Below, piece after piece: positions 24,003 to 33,276 of a stretch of 33,745 nt of DNA; position 1 is the first letter of the stretch, and the number at the start of each line of letters is the position of its first letter. A model generated the notes under the pieces. That model ran no database searches. It was not told where the DNA came from and was given only the letters and a program-made list of their open reading frames with translations. The DNA comes from Longimicrobiales bacterium. GTDB lineage: Bacteria > Gemmatimonadota > Gemmatimonadetes > Longimicrobiales > RSA9. The stretch covers positions 1 to 33,745 of the forward strand of contig JBFJPA010000001.1 in NCBI GenBank assembly GCA_041617355.1, in the 5' to 3' direction. The translations under genes were made by a program, and so were the position numbers.

Positions 24003-24575
24003 ATGCCGAAGACGCGCGCCGTGAATAAACTCACCGCAGAGCAGCGCAACGCGCTGCTCGAGACGCTGAAAGCTCGCTTTGAGGCAAACCCGGCCCGCCA
24101 CGGAGGCGTGCAGTGGCGGAACGTGGAGGCGAAGCTGGAAGCCCAGCCGGAGAAGCTGTGGTCACTCGCCGAAATGGAACGAACGGGTGGCGAGCCGGAT
24201 GTGGTCGGTCACGACAGGACGACGAACGAATACGTCTTCTTCGATTGCGCGAAGGAGAGTCCCGCAGGCCGCAGGAGCCTTTGTTATGATCACGAGGCAC
24301 TGGAGGCCCGCAAGAAACACAAGCCCAAGGGCAGCGCCGCCAACATGGCTTCCCGGATGGAGGCCAGACTCCTGACCGTGGAGCAGTACCGAACGCTGCA
24401 GGAGCTCGGCGAGTTCGACACGAAGACCTCGAGCTGGCTGGAGACGCCGCCGGACATCCGCTCGCTCGGCGGCGCCGTCTTCGGCGATTTCCGTTACGGA
24501 ACCGCGTGGTTCTATCACAACGGCGCGGAATCGTATTACGCGGCGCGGGGCTTTCGTTGTTCGCTCCGTGTCTAG
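24003..24575 (+). CDS. DUF4256 domain protein
   Basis: ATG 24003 lies in the frame of ORF 23931..24575. LTAEQRNALLETLKARFEANPARH...KLWSLAEMERTGGEPDVVG...YVFFDC..ESPAGRRSLCYD matches my memory of DUF4256. Confidence 0.7.
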   Translation: MPKTRAVNKLTAEQRNALLETLKARFEANPARHGGVQWRNVEAKLEAQPEKLWSLAEMERTGGEPDVVGHDRTTNEYVFFDCAKESPAGRRSLCYDHEALEARKKHKPKGSAANMASRMEARLLTVEQYRTLQELGEFDTKTSSWLETPPDIRSLGGAVFGDFRYGTAWFYHNGAESYYAARGFRCSLRV

Positions 24576-24614
24576 CATGGTGTGGTGTGTTCAACCCTCA
24601 GTCCGGGAGTGGCG

Positions 24615-25112
24615 ATGACGGGACCTGTCCGTTGGGGAGTGATTCTTGGAAGTGCGGTCGCCGTGCTGAGCCTGGCGTTTGGCTTCGCCGGGTGGCACCG
24701 CCGATACGAGATGGCCTTCGTCTTTCTGGCGATCGCGATCCTGATCAACGTGGCGACGGTCGTCCTGTGTTTGCGCGAGCGAGCCTCGACGGATAGCTGG
24801 TTGGGCCAAATCAAGAACGGTCTGATCGTTGGACTCGTCGGCTCGTTGATCATCTTCGTCACGTCGTGGCTGGTGACGACTGTGGTATTCCCCGACTACT
24901 TCACGGCGATGGCCGACGGGTATCGGGAGACCTACGTCAATATGGGGATGTCCGAGGAAGAGGTGGCGGACCTGGTGGCCGCAACGGCGGCGACATCACC
25001 CGTCCGATCGGCGTTCGACGGAGTGGTCGGAACGATGGGGACCAGCCTGATCGTCGCGGCGGTGGCGGGGCGGTGGCTTCGTCGGAAAGAGGCGAAGGCG
25101 GAGTCCGCCTGA
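24615..25112 (+). CDS. DUF4199-like 4-TM membrane protein
   Basis: ATG 24615 lies in the frame of ORF 24582..25112. It has four hydrophobic helices, and the FPDYFTAMADGYRETYVNMGMSEEEV loop is typical of DUF4199. Confidence 0.6.
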   Translation: MTGPVRWGVILGSAVAVLSLAFGFAGWHRRYEMAFVFLAIAILINVATVVLCLRERASTDSWLGQIKNGLIVGLVGSLIIFVTSWLVTTVVFPDYFTAMADGYRETYVNMGMSEEEVADLVAATAATSPVRSAFDGVVGTMGTSLIVAAVAGRWLRRKEAKAESA

Positions 25113-25172
25113 CGGAGGGATCGAGAGGAGGGGCCGCGCGTGGCGAAACCAGCGGCGATCGTGACCGCCTGC

Positions 25173-25700
25173 TCATGCCGGATCGCAAGAGACGCGGCCG
25201 AACCGGATCTCGAAACCACGTACGCGACCGTCGGCCCCCGGTCCGGTCACAACGGCGGTCATGGAATCTCGACGCACTCGCCGGTACCGGATTTCAGTCG
25301 GGAAGTCGTGCTCCGGGTTGTGGAAGGCGACGCTGTCGGTCGTGGCGACGCGGGCCACGAATTGGGCAGGCGGCTGGTGTGACGGGTTTGCCGCGAGAAT
25401 CAGGCGCGAGCGGCCCTGGAAGATGCGCAGAGATTCCCAGCGGTCGACGCGGCCGTCGCGGAACTCGCGATTCACGCCGAGCATCTGCCCGCCTGCTCCG
25501 TCTGTCCACCGCTCCTCGACGCCGTCGGCGGACCAACATCCCACCATCCAGGAGATGACGTCCAGGTCCGGTCCCGTCGTCTGTGCCGCGGCCTGGCGGA
25601 GCGGCGCCCCGAGGAGGACGCCCACGGCGACGCCGAGAACCAGGGCACGGCCGAGGATTCCGTGGGAACGACCGCCTGTCTTCCGTGTCATGACGTTCAT
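25173..25700 (-). CDS. DUF6265-like secreted protein
   Basis: This is the C-terminal part of ORF 25173..26213. ISWMVGCWS...EERWTD..GGQMLGVNRE......FHNPEHDFPTEIRYRR...DSMTAVVTG resembles DUF6265. ATG 25700 lies 7 nt after GGGAGG on the minus strand. The 170 codons upstream of it are Arg/Ser-rich and judged non-coding. Confidence 0.6.
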   Translation of the reverse strand: MNVMTRKTGGRSHGILGRALVLGVAVGVLLGAPLRQAAAQTTGPDLDVISWMVGCWSADGVEERWTDGAGGQMLGVNREFRDGRVDRWESLRIFQGRSRLILAANPSHQPPAQFVARVATTDSVAFHNPEHDFPTEIRYRRVRRDSMTAVVTGPGADGRVRGFEIRFGRVSCDPA

Positions 25701-25947
25701 GCCCATGCCTCCCGTCGAGTGCCGGGTGCGCGCTTCCCGAGAGATGACCGAGTTGCCACTGCAAAAGTTACAGTGAAATGTTGCGCGGGGCCCGGGGGTG
25801 GATCGGGCGGACAAGGCGGTCGGCCCCAGCGCCCGAATCGGCCCCCGACGGCGCAGGCGGTACCGACCTCCTTCGCAGGCGGCGCCAAAGACTCGAGCGC
25901 GAAACGTGGAAGCCATCAGTAGACGACTAGGCAACCGAAGAAGCCCG

Positions 25948-26871
25948 ATGAATCGCGCCGCCAACGCCGTATCACTGTTGTTGCTGACCACCTGTGTTGC
26001 ACAGGAAGAGCACCGCTCGCCAGGCGTCGAGTGGTCGATGGAAACTGCCCGGATCGTCTTCACCGGCCACCGGGGCGGCAAGTCCGACCTGTACGTGCTC
26101 GACCGCGCGACGGGGGCGATATCTCGTATCACGTCGGACAGCGCGGCCAGCTGGGGAGCCAGCCCATCACCGGACGGAAGCCGTATCGCGTTTCTTTCCC
26201 GCCGCGACGGCAACTATGAGATCTACGTCATGCCCGCGGCGGGCGGCGATGCGGTCAACCTCACGAATCATCCGGACTACGACCTCCTCGCGGCGTGGTC
26301 ACCGTCTGCGGACCGCATCGCGTTCATGTCGACGCGCGGTTTCGAGTTGGGCGATCCAGGCCCGTTCCCCGGACACATCTACGTCATGAACGTGGATGGG
26401 AGCGAGCTGCGCCAACTGACGAAGGAGCCTCTAGCCTCATCGCTCGGCCCGGGCGACTGGTCACCGGACGGGCGACACCTGTTGCTCAGTCGTGAGGTCG
26501 ACGGTCAGCTCGACGTATTCCTCCTCGACGTCGAGACGGGTGAGGAGCGGCGCATCACGTCCGCCCCCGAGAACGAATACAGCGCCGACTTCTCCAATGA
26601 CGGCGCGCGCATCGCCTACCACGCGGAGAGCGAATCCGAGTCACAGATCGTCATCCAGGATCTGGACGGCTCGAGTCGACGTATTCTCACCTCCGGTCCC
26701 GGCCTGCGCTACACACCGCACTGGTCGCCCGATGACCGGTGGTTGATCTACACGGCCGAGGGCTCACCCGCCGGGCAGTACGATCTGAAAGCCATCCGGA
26801 TCGCGGATGGCCTCATCGTCGACATCGTCGTTACAGAGGAAGACGAACGGGACGGCGTGTTCCTGCGTTGA
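25948..26871 (+). CDS. PD40/TolB-like beta-propeller repeat protein, secreted
   Basis: ATG 25948 lies in the frame of ORF 25798..26871. Repeated PD40 motifs are present: SPSPDGSRIAFLSRRDGNYEIYVM, WSPSADRIAFMS, WSPDGRHLLLSRE, FSNDGARIAYH, WSPDDRWLIYT. Confidence 0.8.
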   Translation: MNRAANAVSLLLLTTCVAQEEHRSPGVEWSMETARIVFTGHRGGKSDLYVLDRATGAISRITSDSAASWGASPSPDGSRIAFLSRRDGNYEIYVMPAAGGDAVNLTNHPDYDLLAAWSPSADRIAFMSTRGFELGDPGPFPGHIYVMNVDGSELRQLTKEPLASSLGPGDWSPDGRHLLLSREVDGQLDVFLLDVETGEERRITSAPENEYSADFSNDGARIAYHAESESESQIVIQDLDGSSRRILTSGPGLRYTPHWSPDDRWLIYTAEGSPAGQYDLKAIRIADGLIVDIVVTEEDERDGVFLR

Positions 26872-26921
26872 ACGGAACGGGTCGCGCGGCCCGCGTGCGC
26901 GGATTCCGTTACCCGTTCCGT
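26872..26921. terminator. long GC-rich inverted repeat between convergent genes (possible bidirectional terminator)
   Basis: ACGGAACGGGT (26872-26882) is the reverse complement of ACCCGTTCCGT (26911-26921). An inner pair is CGCGC (26883-26887) with GCGCG (26897-26901). The structure fills the 49-nt gap between the PD40 stop (26869-26871) and the dipeptidase stop (26921-26923). There is no clear U-tract. Confidence 0.45.
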
Positions 26922-28186
26922 CAGTCCCGAATGGTACGTATCGAAGCCGGCCGCTCCGCACGCAGCCGTGCCGAGACGCGCTCGGCCTGCCGCATGGCGC
27001 GCAGGATGTTGCCGTTGGTCAGCTTCGCGATGTCTGCCTCGGTCCAGCCGCGTCGCAGCAGTTCGGCGATGAGATTCGGGTACGTCGATGTGTCTTCGAG
27101 GCCGATGACGACGTCGTCGATGCCGTCGAAGTCACCACCCAGGCCGACATGGTCGACGCCGGCGATACGGCGGGCGTGATCGATGTGGTCGGCGACATCC
27201 TCGAGACGGGCGCGTGGCGCCGGGTGCTGCTTCCAGAACTCCTCGGCCAGCCGCGTCCTCTCCGCAGCGTCCTGAACGTTTGCCAGCCGCGTTTGCAGCT
27301 GTGCCTGCAGCTGCGGACGCTGCACGTAACTCCACTGCGCGACCGTGGGGTTCACGAAGGCCGGCACGAACGTGATCATGACGACGCCGCCGTTGTCCTT
27401 GAGCCGGGCCAGGATCGAGTCCGGCACGTTGCGCGGTACGTCGGTCAGCGCGCGGGCTGACGAATGTGAGAAGATGATGGGCGCTTCCGTGACGTCGAGC
27501 GCCTGGCTCATCACAGCCGGCGAGACGTGCGACAGATCGACGAGCATGCCGAGCCGGTTCATTTCGCGGATCACCTCGCGGCCGAACTCGGTCAGACCTC
27601 CGTGTTTCGGTTGGTCGACCGCCGCGTCCGCCCAATCCAGCGTGACGTTGTGCGTCAGCGTCATGTACCGCGCGCCGAGCGAGTAGAACGCACGCAAAGC
27701 GCCCAACGAGTTTTCGATCGCGTGGCCGCCCTCCATGCCGAGCATGGACGCGACGCGGCCGCTCCGCATGATGCGCTCGACGTCGTCGGCGGTGAGCGCG
27801 AGCTCAAAGGCGTCGTACTTCTCGATGACTCGCCTCGCGATGTCGATCTGCTCGAGCTGTACGCGTGCGTAGCCGCTGTCCGCGATCTCACCGGGCAGGT
27901 AGACGGACCAGAACTGGCCACCGACGCCGCCCCGCTTCAGGCGCGCCAGGTCCGTGTGGCCGGGCGTCGTTCGCGTCAGGTCATAGGCCTCGACGTCGAG
28001 CGGCGCCGTCGCGTCGTTGCGGATGGTCCAGGGCAGGTCGTTGTGTCCATCGACCACGGGGTGACGTGCGAGGATCCCGCGGGCCTGCTCCAGCAGCTGT
28101 GGTTGTGCCTGGGCGCGGGCCGTGCCCGGCGCTATCACGGGGGTGGCGAGAAAGGCGAGCAGCATTAGCGTCCGCATCGTTGACAT
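26921..28186 (-). CDS. membrane dipeptidase, peptidase family M19
   Basis: ORF 26921..28399. Signatures: VVDGHNDLPW, MLGMEGGH, LTHN, LVDLSHVS, IIFSHSSARAL, VGLGGDFDGI. The start is probably ATG 28186 or 28177 (MSTMRTLMLLAFLATPVIAPGTARA, signal-like). A GGAG lies 9 nt before 28177. The upstream extension is Arg/Ser-rich. Confidence 0.85.
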   Translation of the reverse strand: MSTMRTLMLLAFLATPVIAPGTARAQAQPQLLEQARGILARHPVVDGHNDLPWTIRNDATAPLDVEAYDLTRTTPGHTDLARLKRGGVGGQFWSVYLPGEIADSGYARVQLEQIDIARRVIEKYDAFELALTADDVERIMRSGRVASMLGMEGGHAIENSLGALRAFYSLGARYMTLTHNVTLDWADAAVDQPKHGGLTEFGREVIREMNRLGMLVDLSHVSPAVMSQALDVTEAPIIFSHSSARALTDVPRNVPDSILARLKDNGGVVMITFVPAFVNPTVAQWSYVQRPQLQAQLQTRLANVQDAAERTRLAEEFWKQHPAPRARLEDVADHIDHARRIAGVDHVGLGGDFDGIDDVVIGLEDTSTYPNLIAELLRRGWTEADIAKLTNGNILRAMRQAERVSARLRAERPASIRTIRD

Positions 28187-28247
28187 CTCCAGGATTGCTG
28201 CAAGGATCGCGTCAAGATAAGGCTGCGCAGGCTCGGCGCGACACGGC

Positions 28248-29840
28248 TCAGTCGCGCTGGATCGGGAGCGAATCGGGCAGCGTGCGGACCCGGTGGACCG
28301 GCAGGAACTGGCCCGTCGCCTCTTCTGTCGCGAGCCAGCCCGTGGTCGCGAAGGAGTCTTCGCTCTCGGGCTCGGCCAGCGAGAACAGGATCGCCGCATT
28401 CGGCTGATCCGTCCGGACCAGCCACGCGCCTGTGAACGTTACCGCGCGCCGAACTGCCGTCGTGCGGACGCTGCGGGGCAGGTAGCCTTCGTACCACTCG
28501 TCCGCGGTCGTGATGCGGTCCACGCGGTAGCTCTCGACATCCAGCTCGACGGTGCCGGCCAGGTGCTCGACGGCCAGACCGTGCATCGCCAGCTGCTCGG
28601 CCAGGTCACCACGGTGCGCTTCGATCAGGTACGCGACCGGCCGCACCCGGGACAGTGTCGCGACCGCGCTGTCGCGCAGTGGGACCCGCAGCGGCAGCGT
28701 CCGGCCCGTCGGCTCGAAGCCCTCGCCGCTCGCCCTGCGTCGCATCTCCGGCATGCGGTAATCGACGACGCGACTGACGATCACGTCCGCTGTCACGGCG
28801 ACCGAGTCCGCCGCGTCCCACGTCGCGCCGCGCTCGCGCATGACGGTCCTGGCTTCTCTGACGGCGCCGAGCAGGCCGGCCGCGCTATCCGCCGCGAAGC
28901 GACCCACGGCCTCCATGGCGATGCGCTGCATACGCGCGCGACGCTCGATGCCGACGCGCGCGTCCGGCGACTCGCGGTCGCGCTTGCTCTCGAACAACAA
29001 GGTCACCGCACCCAGCTCGCCACCGTAGCCGCGCAGCGTGCGGCCGCCGTATTCGGCCGGGCGCAGCCCGTCCGCGGCGACACGCGTCGGGTCGCTCGGC
29101 TGCAAGTGGTACGGAAACCAGGTGTAGCCCGCCGCTTCGATCGCGGTGCGGACCGCAGCCGTCAGCGATCCGGCGGCCAGCCCGACGACCGCGTCGGGCG
29201 CATTCATCGTCGTCGGGTGCAGCGTATAGAAGTCGTAGGAGCGCGGACCGGTCAGCTCGTGGGCGTCGATTACGATGTGCGGCCGCCACGCGGCAAGAGC
29301 CGAAACGACGGCGCGGGTCTCCGGGTTGACCAGGCGCAGATAATCGCGATTGATGTTGTAGCCGGCGCGGTTGGCGCGCGTGCCCCAGTTCCCCGCCTCG
29401 GCGCCGTCGGGATTGACCTGCGGCACGAGCACGAAGACGACGCGGTCGAGCAGGTCCGCGAGTGGACCCATCGCGAGATCGCGCGCGAACAACATCAGGC
29501 CTTCTTTGCCAGCCGGCTCGTCGCCGTGGACCTGCGCGGAGATGAACACGATGGGCCGGCCGCTGGCGTGCGCCTCCCACGGCTCGTTCACCGCGGGGCG
29601 CGAAAGCGTCAACTGCAGCAGCGCCCGGCCTTCCCGGCTCCGCCCGATCTCGCGCAGCCGCGCGTGAGGCGATGTCGCGGCCAGCCGCGTGTAGAACGCG
29701 ACCACGGAATCGTGCGGTGTCAGACCCCGCCAGCCGATCTGCTCCGCGTGCGTCGTCAGCGGAGCCGGCGCCTGACCCGCCAGGCCGGCCGGCAGCAGCA
29801 ACAATCCGGCGGCGAGCCACGGCGCGAGGCGTGGCATCAC
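28248..29840 (-). CDS. M14-family zinc carboxypeptidase, secreted
   Basis: 530 aa with a signal-like N-terminus. The zinc motif is ISAQVHGDEPAG (HxxE). NINRDYLR and VIDAHE are also present. Confidence 0.8.
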   Translation of the reverse strand: MMPRLAPWLAAGLLLLPAGLAGQAPAPLTTHAEQIGWRGLTPHDSVVAFYTRLAATSPHARLREIGRSREGRALLQLTLSRPAVNEPWEAHASGRPIVFISAQVHGDEPAGKEGLMLFARDLAMGPLADLLDRVVFVLVPQVNPDGAEAGNWGTRANRAGYNINRDYLRLVNPETRAVVSALAAWRPHIVIDAHELTGPRSYDFYTLHPTTMNAPDAVVGLAAGSLTAAVRTAIEAAGYTWFPYHLQPSDPTRVAADGLRPAEYGGRTLRGYGGELGAVTLLFESKRDRESPDARVGIERRARMQRIAMEAVGRFAADSAAGLLGAVREARTVMRERGATWDAADSVAVTADVIVSRVVDYRMPEMRRRASGEGFEPTGRTLPLRVPLRDSAVATLSRVRPVAYLIEAHRGDLAEQLAMHGLAVEHLAGTVELDVESYRVDRITTADEWYEGYLPRSVRTTAVRRAVTFTGAWLVRTDQPNAAILFSLAEPESEDSFATTGWLATEEATGQFLPVHRVRTLPDSLPIQRD

Positions 29841-31129
29841 GATCTCGGCACGACCCGCCAGATCCGTCCCGTCACTGAGTCGGATATATAGACCGAACCG
29901 TCCGGCCCCACCGCCACGCCCGTCGGCCGGTACTGGGCGCGATCCGGACTCGCGATCTCGGGTGCACCCATGAAGCCATCAGCGAAGACCTCGTATTCGC
30001 CGCCGGGCTCACCATCCACCATCGGCTGGAACGCCACCAGGTAGCCGCCCATGGGCAGCGGCGCGCGGTTCCACGAGCCGTGGAAGGCGATCAGCGCGCC
30101 ACCGTGATAACGCGCGGGGAGCAGCGTGGCTTCGTAAAACACGATGTCATTGGGAGCCCAGTGCGCGGGATACGCGGCCTGCGGTTCCGGATATCGATCA
30201 CACCGGCCGATCGCCTGACCATCACCGCCGTACTCCGGCGCCAGAACCGCGTGCTGCAGATCCAGATCCCAGTAGCAATACGGATGGTGCAACGAGTCGC
30301 CACCCGTCAGCCGGTACATCAGCTCGCCCGGCTTCGTCGCATTGGCCTCCGGCGTGAACGCGCTGGGCGCCATCACGTCGAGCATATCGCGGCCGTGTTG
30401 GACCACGTACAGCGCGACCGCGGACGAATTCCATGCCAGCGCCATCGCGTTGCGGATGCCCACGGCGTACGCCTGCCCGTCCGCCTGTGTCTGACCCGCA
30501 CGGGTCGCGTCGAAACGCCAGACTCCTGCCTGCTGCGCGAATTCCGGACACGGATCCTGGCCGGCGAAGCCCACCTGCCGGTCATTCGCGACGGGCTGAC
30601 ACGCATTCGTCGGCGAGCCGACCGTCACGTAGAGACCACCACTGCCATCGAATGCGAACGGCTTCGCCGCGTGACTGCGCTGGTCCGGGAATCCGCCCAC
30701 GACCAGCTCCGGCGCGCCGCTCGGCACCAGCGACCCGTCCGTCGGCAACGGCATCCGATAGACCGCCGTGTTCGTCGAGAACCACAACATGCCATCGTGA
30801 ACGTCCAGCCCCGTGCCTCCCCCATCACTCACGAACCGCTCGATCCGGTCTGCCTTCCCATCGCCGTCCGCATCGCGCAGGGCGACGATGCCGCCACCCA
30901 GCGAGTCGTTGCGCATGCGAACGTAGACATCGCCGTTGGGCGCGACCGCCAGGTGGCGCGCCCGCCCGAGGCTGTCCGCGAACACCAGTGCACAAAGATC
31001 CTGAGGCAGCACCAGGCCGCCGTTGTCGGGATCGCAGGCCGGCGGGCCTGCCGCGCGGTCGGCGCCGGCGCAGGCCGCGAAGAGTCCTACTCCCACCATC
31101 CAAAGGGTTCGACGAGTCCGTCGCATCAT
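29837..31129 (-). CDS. PQQ-dependent sugar/sorbosone dehydrogenase-like beta-propeller protein, secreted
   Basis: 430 aa with a lipoprotein-like N-terminus (VGVGLFAAC). GGIVALRDADGDGKADRIERFV, GIRNAMALAW, HGSWNR and GPDGSVYISDSVTGRIWRV are typical of the soluble glucose/sorbosone dehydrogenase family. Its stop overlaps the M14 start (ATGA, 29837-29840). GGAGG lies upstream of ATG 31129. Confidence 0.7.
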   Translation of the reverse strand: MMRRTRRTLWMVGVGLFAACAGADRAAGPPACDPDNGGLVLPQDLCALVFADSLGRARHLAVAPNGDVYVRMRNDSLGGGIVALRDADGDGKADRIERFVSDGGGTGLDVHDGMLWFSTNTAVYRMPLPTDGSLVPSGAPELVVGGFPDQRSHAAKPFAFDGSGGLYVTVGSPTNACQPVANDRQVGFAGQDPCPEFAQQAGVWRFDATRAGQTQADGQAYAVGIRNAMALAWNSSAVALYVVQHGRDMLDVMAPSAFTPEANATKPGELMYRLTGGDSLHHPYCYWDLDLQHAVLAPEYGGDGQAIGRCDRYPEPQAAYPAHWAPNDIVFYEATLLPARYHGGALIAFHGSWNRAPLPMGGYLVAFQPMVDGEPGGEYEVFADGFMGAPEIASPDRAQYRPTGVAVGPDGSVYISDSVTGRIWRVVPRS

Positions 31130-31301
31130 GACCTCCGTGAGGCGAGCGCCTCCGGTCGAATCTAGGCACGTGGATATGCGAATTCGTCGAGTCTAGGCCG
31201 CCGCTGGCGTGCCGGCAACCGCAACAGACGGCTCGACGACCGCGATGGTCAGACTGGAAGGGCGATCTGTGGGTCTACGGCCCGGCCGTCACGCGTGACC
31301 C

Positions 31302-32573
31302 TCAGGCCTCGACGGCCACGCCCTCCAACTCCACTTCGCTCATGGGCTGCCAGAGCTGGAGCATGGGGAACCGTTCGGCGAACCACAGGTGACTCGCCAG
31401 CAGGAGGCCACCGAAGAGCATGGCCGGCGCAATCTCCTGCCAGCCGAACGGCAGGTTGTCCGCGCCGTGATAGAACGACGGATAGATCAGGAAGTAGCGC
31501 TCGAGCCACATTCCGAAGAGCACGATCGACGCGAACAGCGTCAGAATCCCGTGCCGCGTCTTGGCCGTTACACCGAGCAGGCCGAAGAAGGGCAGGAGGA
31601 AGACACACGCGAACACGAGCTGCGAGACGATGCGGAACGGCGGCGAGAAGCGGTGGTTGAAGAACGCCACCTCGACCGGCAACCCGCCGTACCAGATCAC
31701 GATGAACTGCGAGAAGTAGAGGTACGCCCAGAACACGCAGAATGCGAACGTCAGCTTGCCGAGGTCGTGGAAATGGTGCTGGGGAAGGTACTCCCCGAAT
31801 CCCGCACGCCGCGCATACACGACGGCCGTGATGGCGGTCGTGGCGACGCCGGTGAGGAACGCGCCCATGAAGACGTACGGCCCGATCATCGTGCTGAACC
31901 AGTGATGCTCGAGCGACATGACGAAGTCCCACGCGACGACGGACCAGCTGAGCGCGAAGACGACGGCGATGACGGGACCGAGCACGGCGATCCGCTTGTG
32001 CGCCGCCAGCTCCTCGACTTCCTGGCCCCGCCAGCCGCGCGTCCACTTGTCGTAAAGCGCACGCAGCTTGCCGTCCACGCCGTCCTTGGCCAGCCCCAGG
32101 TCCGGCCGCAGCGCCGTACGCAGGAAGAGCATGGACAGGAACAACAACCCACCCAGCAGGACGAGGTGGCGGATCACCATGAACGGCACGTTCAGGTATG
32201 CCGCCTTGCCCGGCGGATCCGGGTGCTCGACCCAGGGGAAGATGTCCGGCGCGGAAACCCAGATCGGGATGAGCAGCAGGTAGCCGATCGGCAGGAACGC
32301 GCCCCAGGACAGCGCGAAGCGCCGGCTCGTCTTCGACCACAACCCTTTCGTCATCATGACGACGATGGACAGGACGAGCGCGCCCTGCGCGATGCCCGTG
32401 AAGTACATCCAGTTGAAGAGGTACGAGCGCCATGCGCGCGCAGGGTCGGTGAAGAGCGCGAGGCCGAATCCGATCACGCCGATGAGGATCAGCGCGGCCA
32501 CACCCGTCTTCAGTCCGCCCGGTACTCCTTCCAGGCGCTTGGCCGGCAGCTCGTGCGAATCGTTGTGCGCCAT
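31302..32573 (-). CDS. actF: alternative complex III subunit ActF (NrfD-like polytopic membrane subunit)
   Basis: 423 aa with about 10 TM helices. It lies immediately downstream (12-nt gap) of the monohaem cytochrome c ActE candidate and the DUF3341 ActD candidate, which matches the canonical actD-actE-actF order. Confidence 0.75.
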   Translation of the reverse strand: MAHNDSHELPAKRLEGVPGGLKTGVAALILIGVIGFGLALFTDPARAWRSYLFNWMYFTGIAQGALVLSIVVMMTKGLWSKTSRRFALSWGAFLPIGYLLLIPIWVSAPDIFPWVEHPDPPGKAAYLNVPFMVIRHLVLLGGLLFLSMLFLRTALRPDLGLAKDGVDGKLRALYDKWTRGWRGQEVEELAAHKRIAVLGPVIAVVFALSWSVVAWDFVMSLEHHWFSTMIGPYVFMGAFLTGVATTAITAVVYARRAGFGEYLPQHHFHDLGKLTFAFCVFWAYLYFSQFIVIWYGGLPVEVAFFNHRFSPPFRIVSQLVFACVFLLPFFGLLGVTAKTRHGILTLFASIVLFGMWLERYFLIYPSFYHGADNLPFGWQEIAPAMLFGGLLLASHLWFAERFPMLQLWQPMSEVELEGVAVEA

Positions 32574-32585
32574 CGTCGATCTCGC

Positions 32586-33236
32586 CTATTCCCCGCCCGG
32601 CGCGGTCTGCTGTGCGGCACCCGTCGCCGGCAGCGTGCCCGCGCGCCGCTGCAATTCCCGCACGTATTCCACGATCGCCCAGCGCTCGCGGTGCGTGATG
32701 CGAGCGCCGTACGGCGGCATCAGGCCGCGACCCGCGCGAATGATGCCGTAGATGTAGCCGTCCGGCAGCGCAACGGCGACCGGCAGCGTGAGGTTGCGTG
32801 CAATGGCCGGGTATTTGTCTTCGCCCGGCCTGGCCACGGCGCCGCCATCCGCGAGACCCAGCGTGCCGTGACAGACCGCACAATGCCGGTCGTACATCGC
32901 CTGGCCCAGCGGCAACAGGTCTTCACCCGCGAACGGGTTCTGTCCCCACGGCCCCGACGCGAACTCGCGCAGCCCACCCTCCGTTGCGACACGCGACGGA
33001 CCGAGCTGAACCGATGCGATGGGCGGAATCGCCTCACCCAACGGTCCATCGAAGGGGACCGCGCCCGGCGGCGCGGGCCGCGGCGACTCGTACGGATCGA
33101 ACGACGGCGAGCTGCGCATGAACGCCAGGAACGGCACCGACGCCAGCGCGTTGTCGATGCGTGTACAACCGGCGCTCCCGAACAGGATCGCCGCAGCGAG
33201 CACCGCATGGGTCAGAGTGACCTGTTTCCTTCGCAT
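32586..33236 (-). CDS. actE: alternative complex III monohaem cytochrome c subunit ActE (lipoprotein-like)
   Basis: Lies in the frame of ORF 32586..33356, starting at ATG 33236 (MRRKQVTLTHAVLAAAILFGSAGC, lipobox-like). It has a single CxxCH (HCAVCHG) and the segment GYIYGIIRAGRGLMPPYG. Confidence 0.8.
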   Translation of the reverse strand: MRRKQVTLTHAVLAAAILFGSAGCTRIDNALASVPFLAFMRSSPSFDPYESPRPAPPGAVPFDGPLGEAIPPIASVQLGPSRVATEGGLREFASGPWGQNPFAGEDLLPLGQAMYDRHCAVCHGTLGLADGGAVARPGEDKYPAIARNLTLPVAVALPDGYIYGIIRAGRGLMPPYGARITHRERWAIVEYVRELQRRAGTLPATGAAQQTAPGGE

Positions 33237-33276
33237 ACCCGTTATCCGTTCCTCGCCGTCGCCGTCGCCCTCGAGC

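Noticed and set aside
22387-24101. 519-aa plus-strand ORF (22387..23946) and 279-aa minus-strand ORF (23262..24101) over the DUF6090-like and VOC genes
   Set aside because: Both are low-complexity and Arg/Ser/Pro-rich. They overlap frames that have RBS-preceded starts and recognisable folds.
25749-25769. Inverted repeat CACTG-n9-CAGTG in the AT-richer divergent region between the DUF6265-like and PD40 genes
   Set aside because: The arms are only 5 bp and such a repeat is expected by chance. There is no second copy or other supporting context.
25701-26213. N-terminal 170-codon extension of the minus-strand ORF 25173..26213
   Set aside because: The extension is Arg/Ser-rich, has no hydrophobic signal and overlaps the start of the PD40 gene on the plus strand. 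A GGGAGG-preceded ATG at 25700 begins a signal-peptide-like sequence followed by the DUF6265-like domain.
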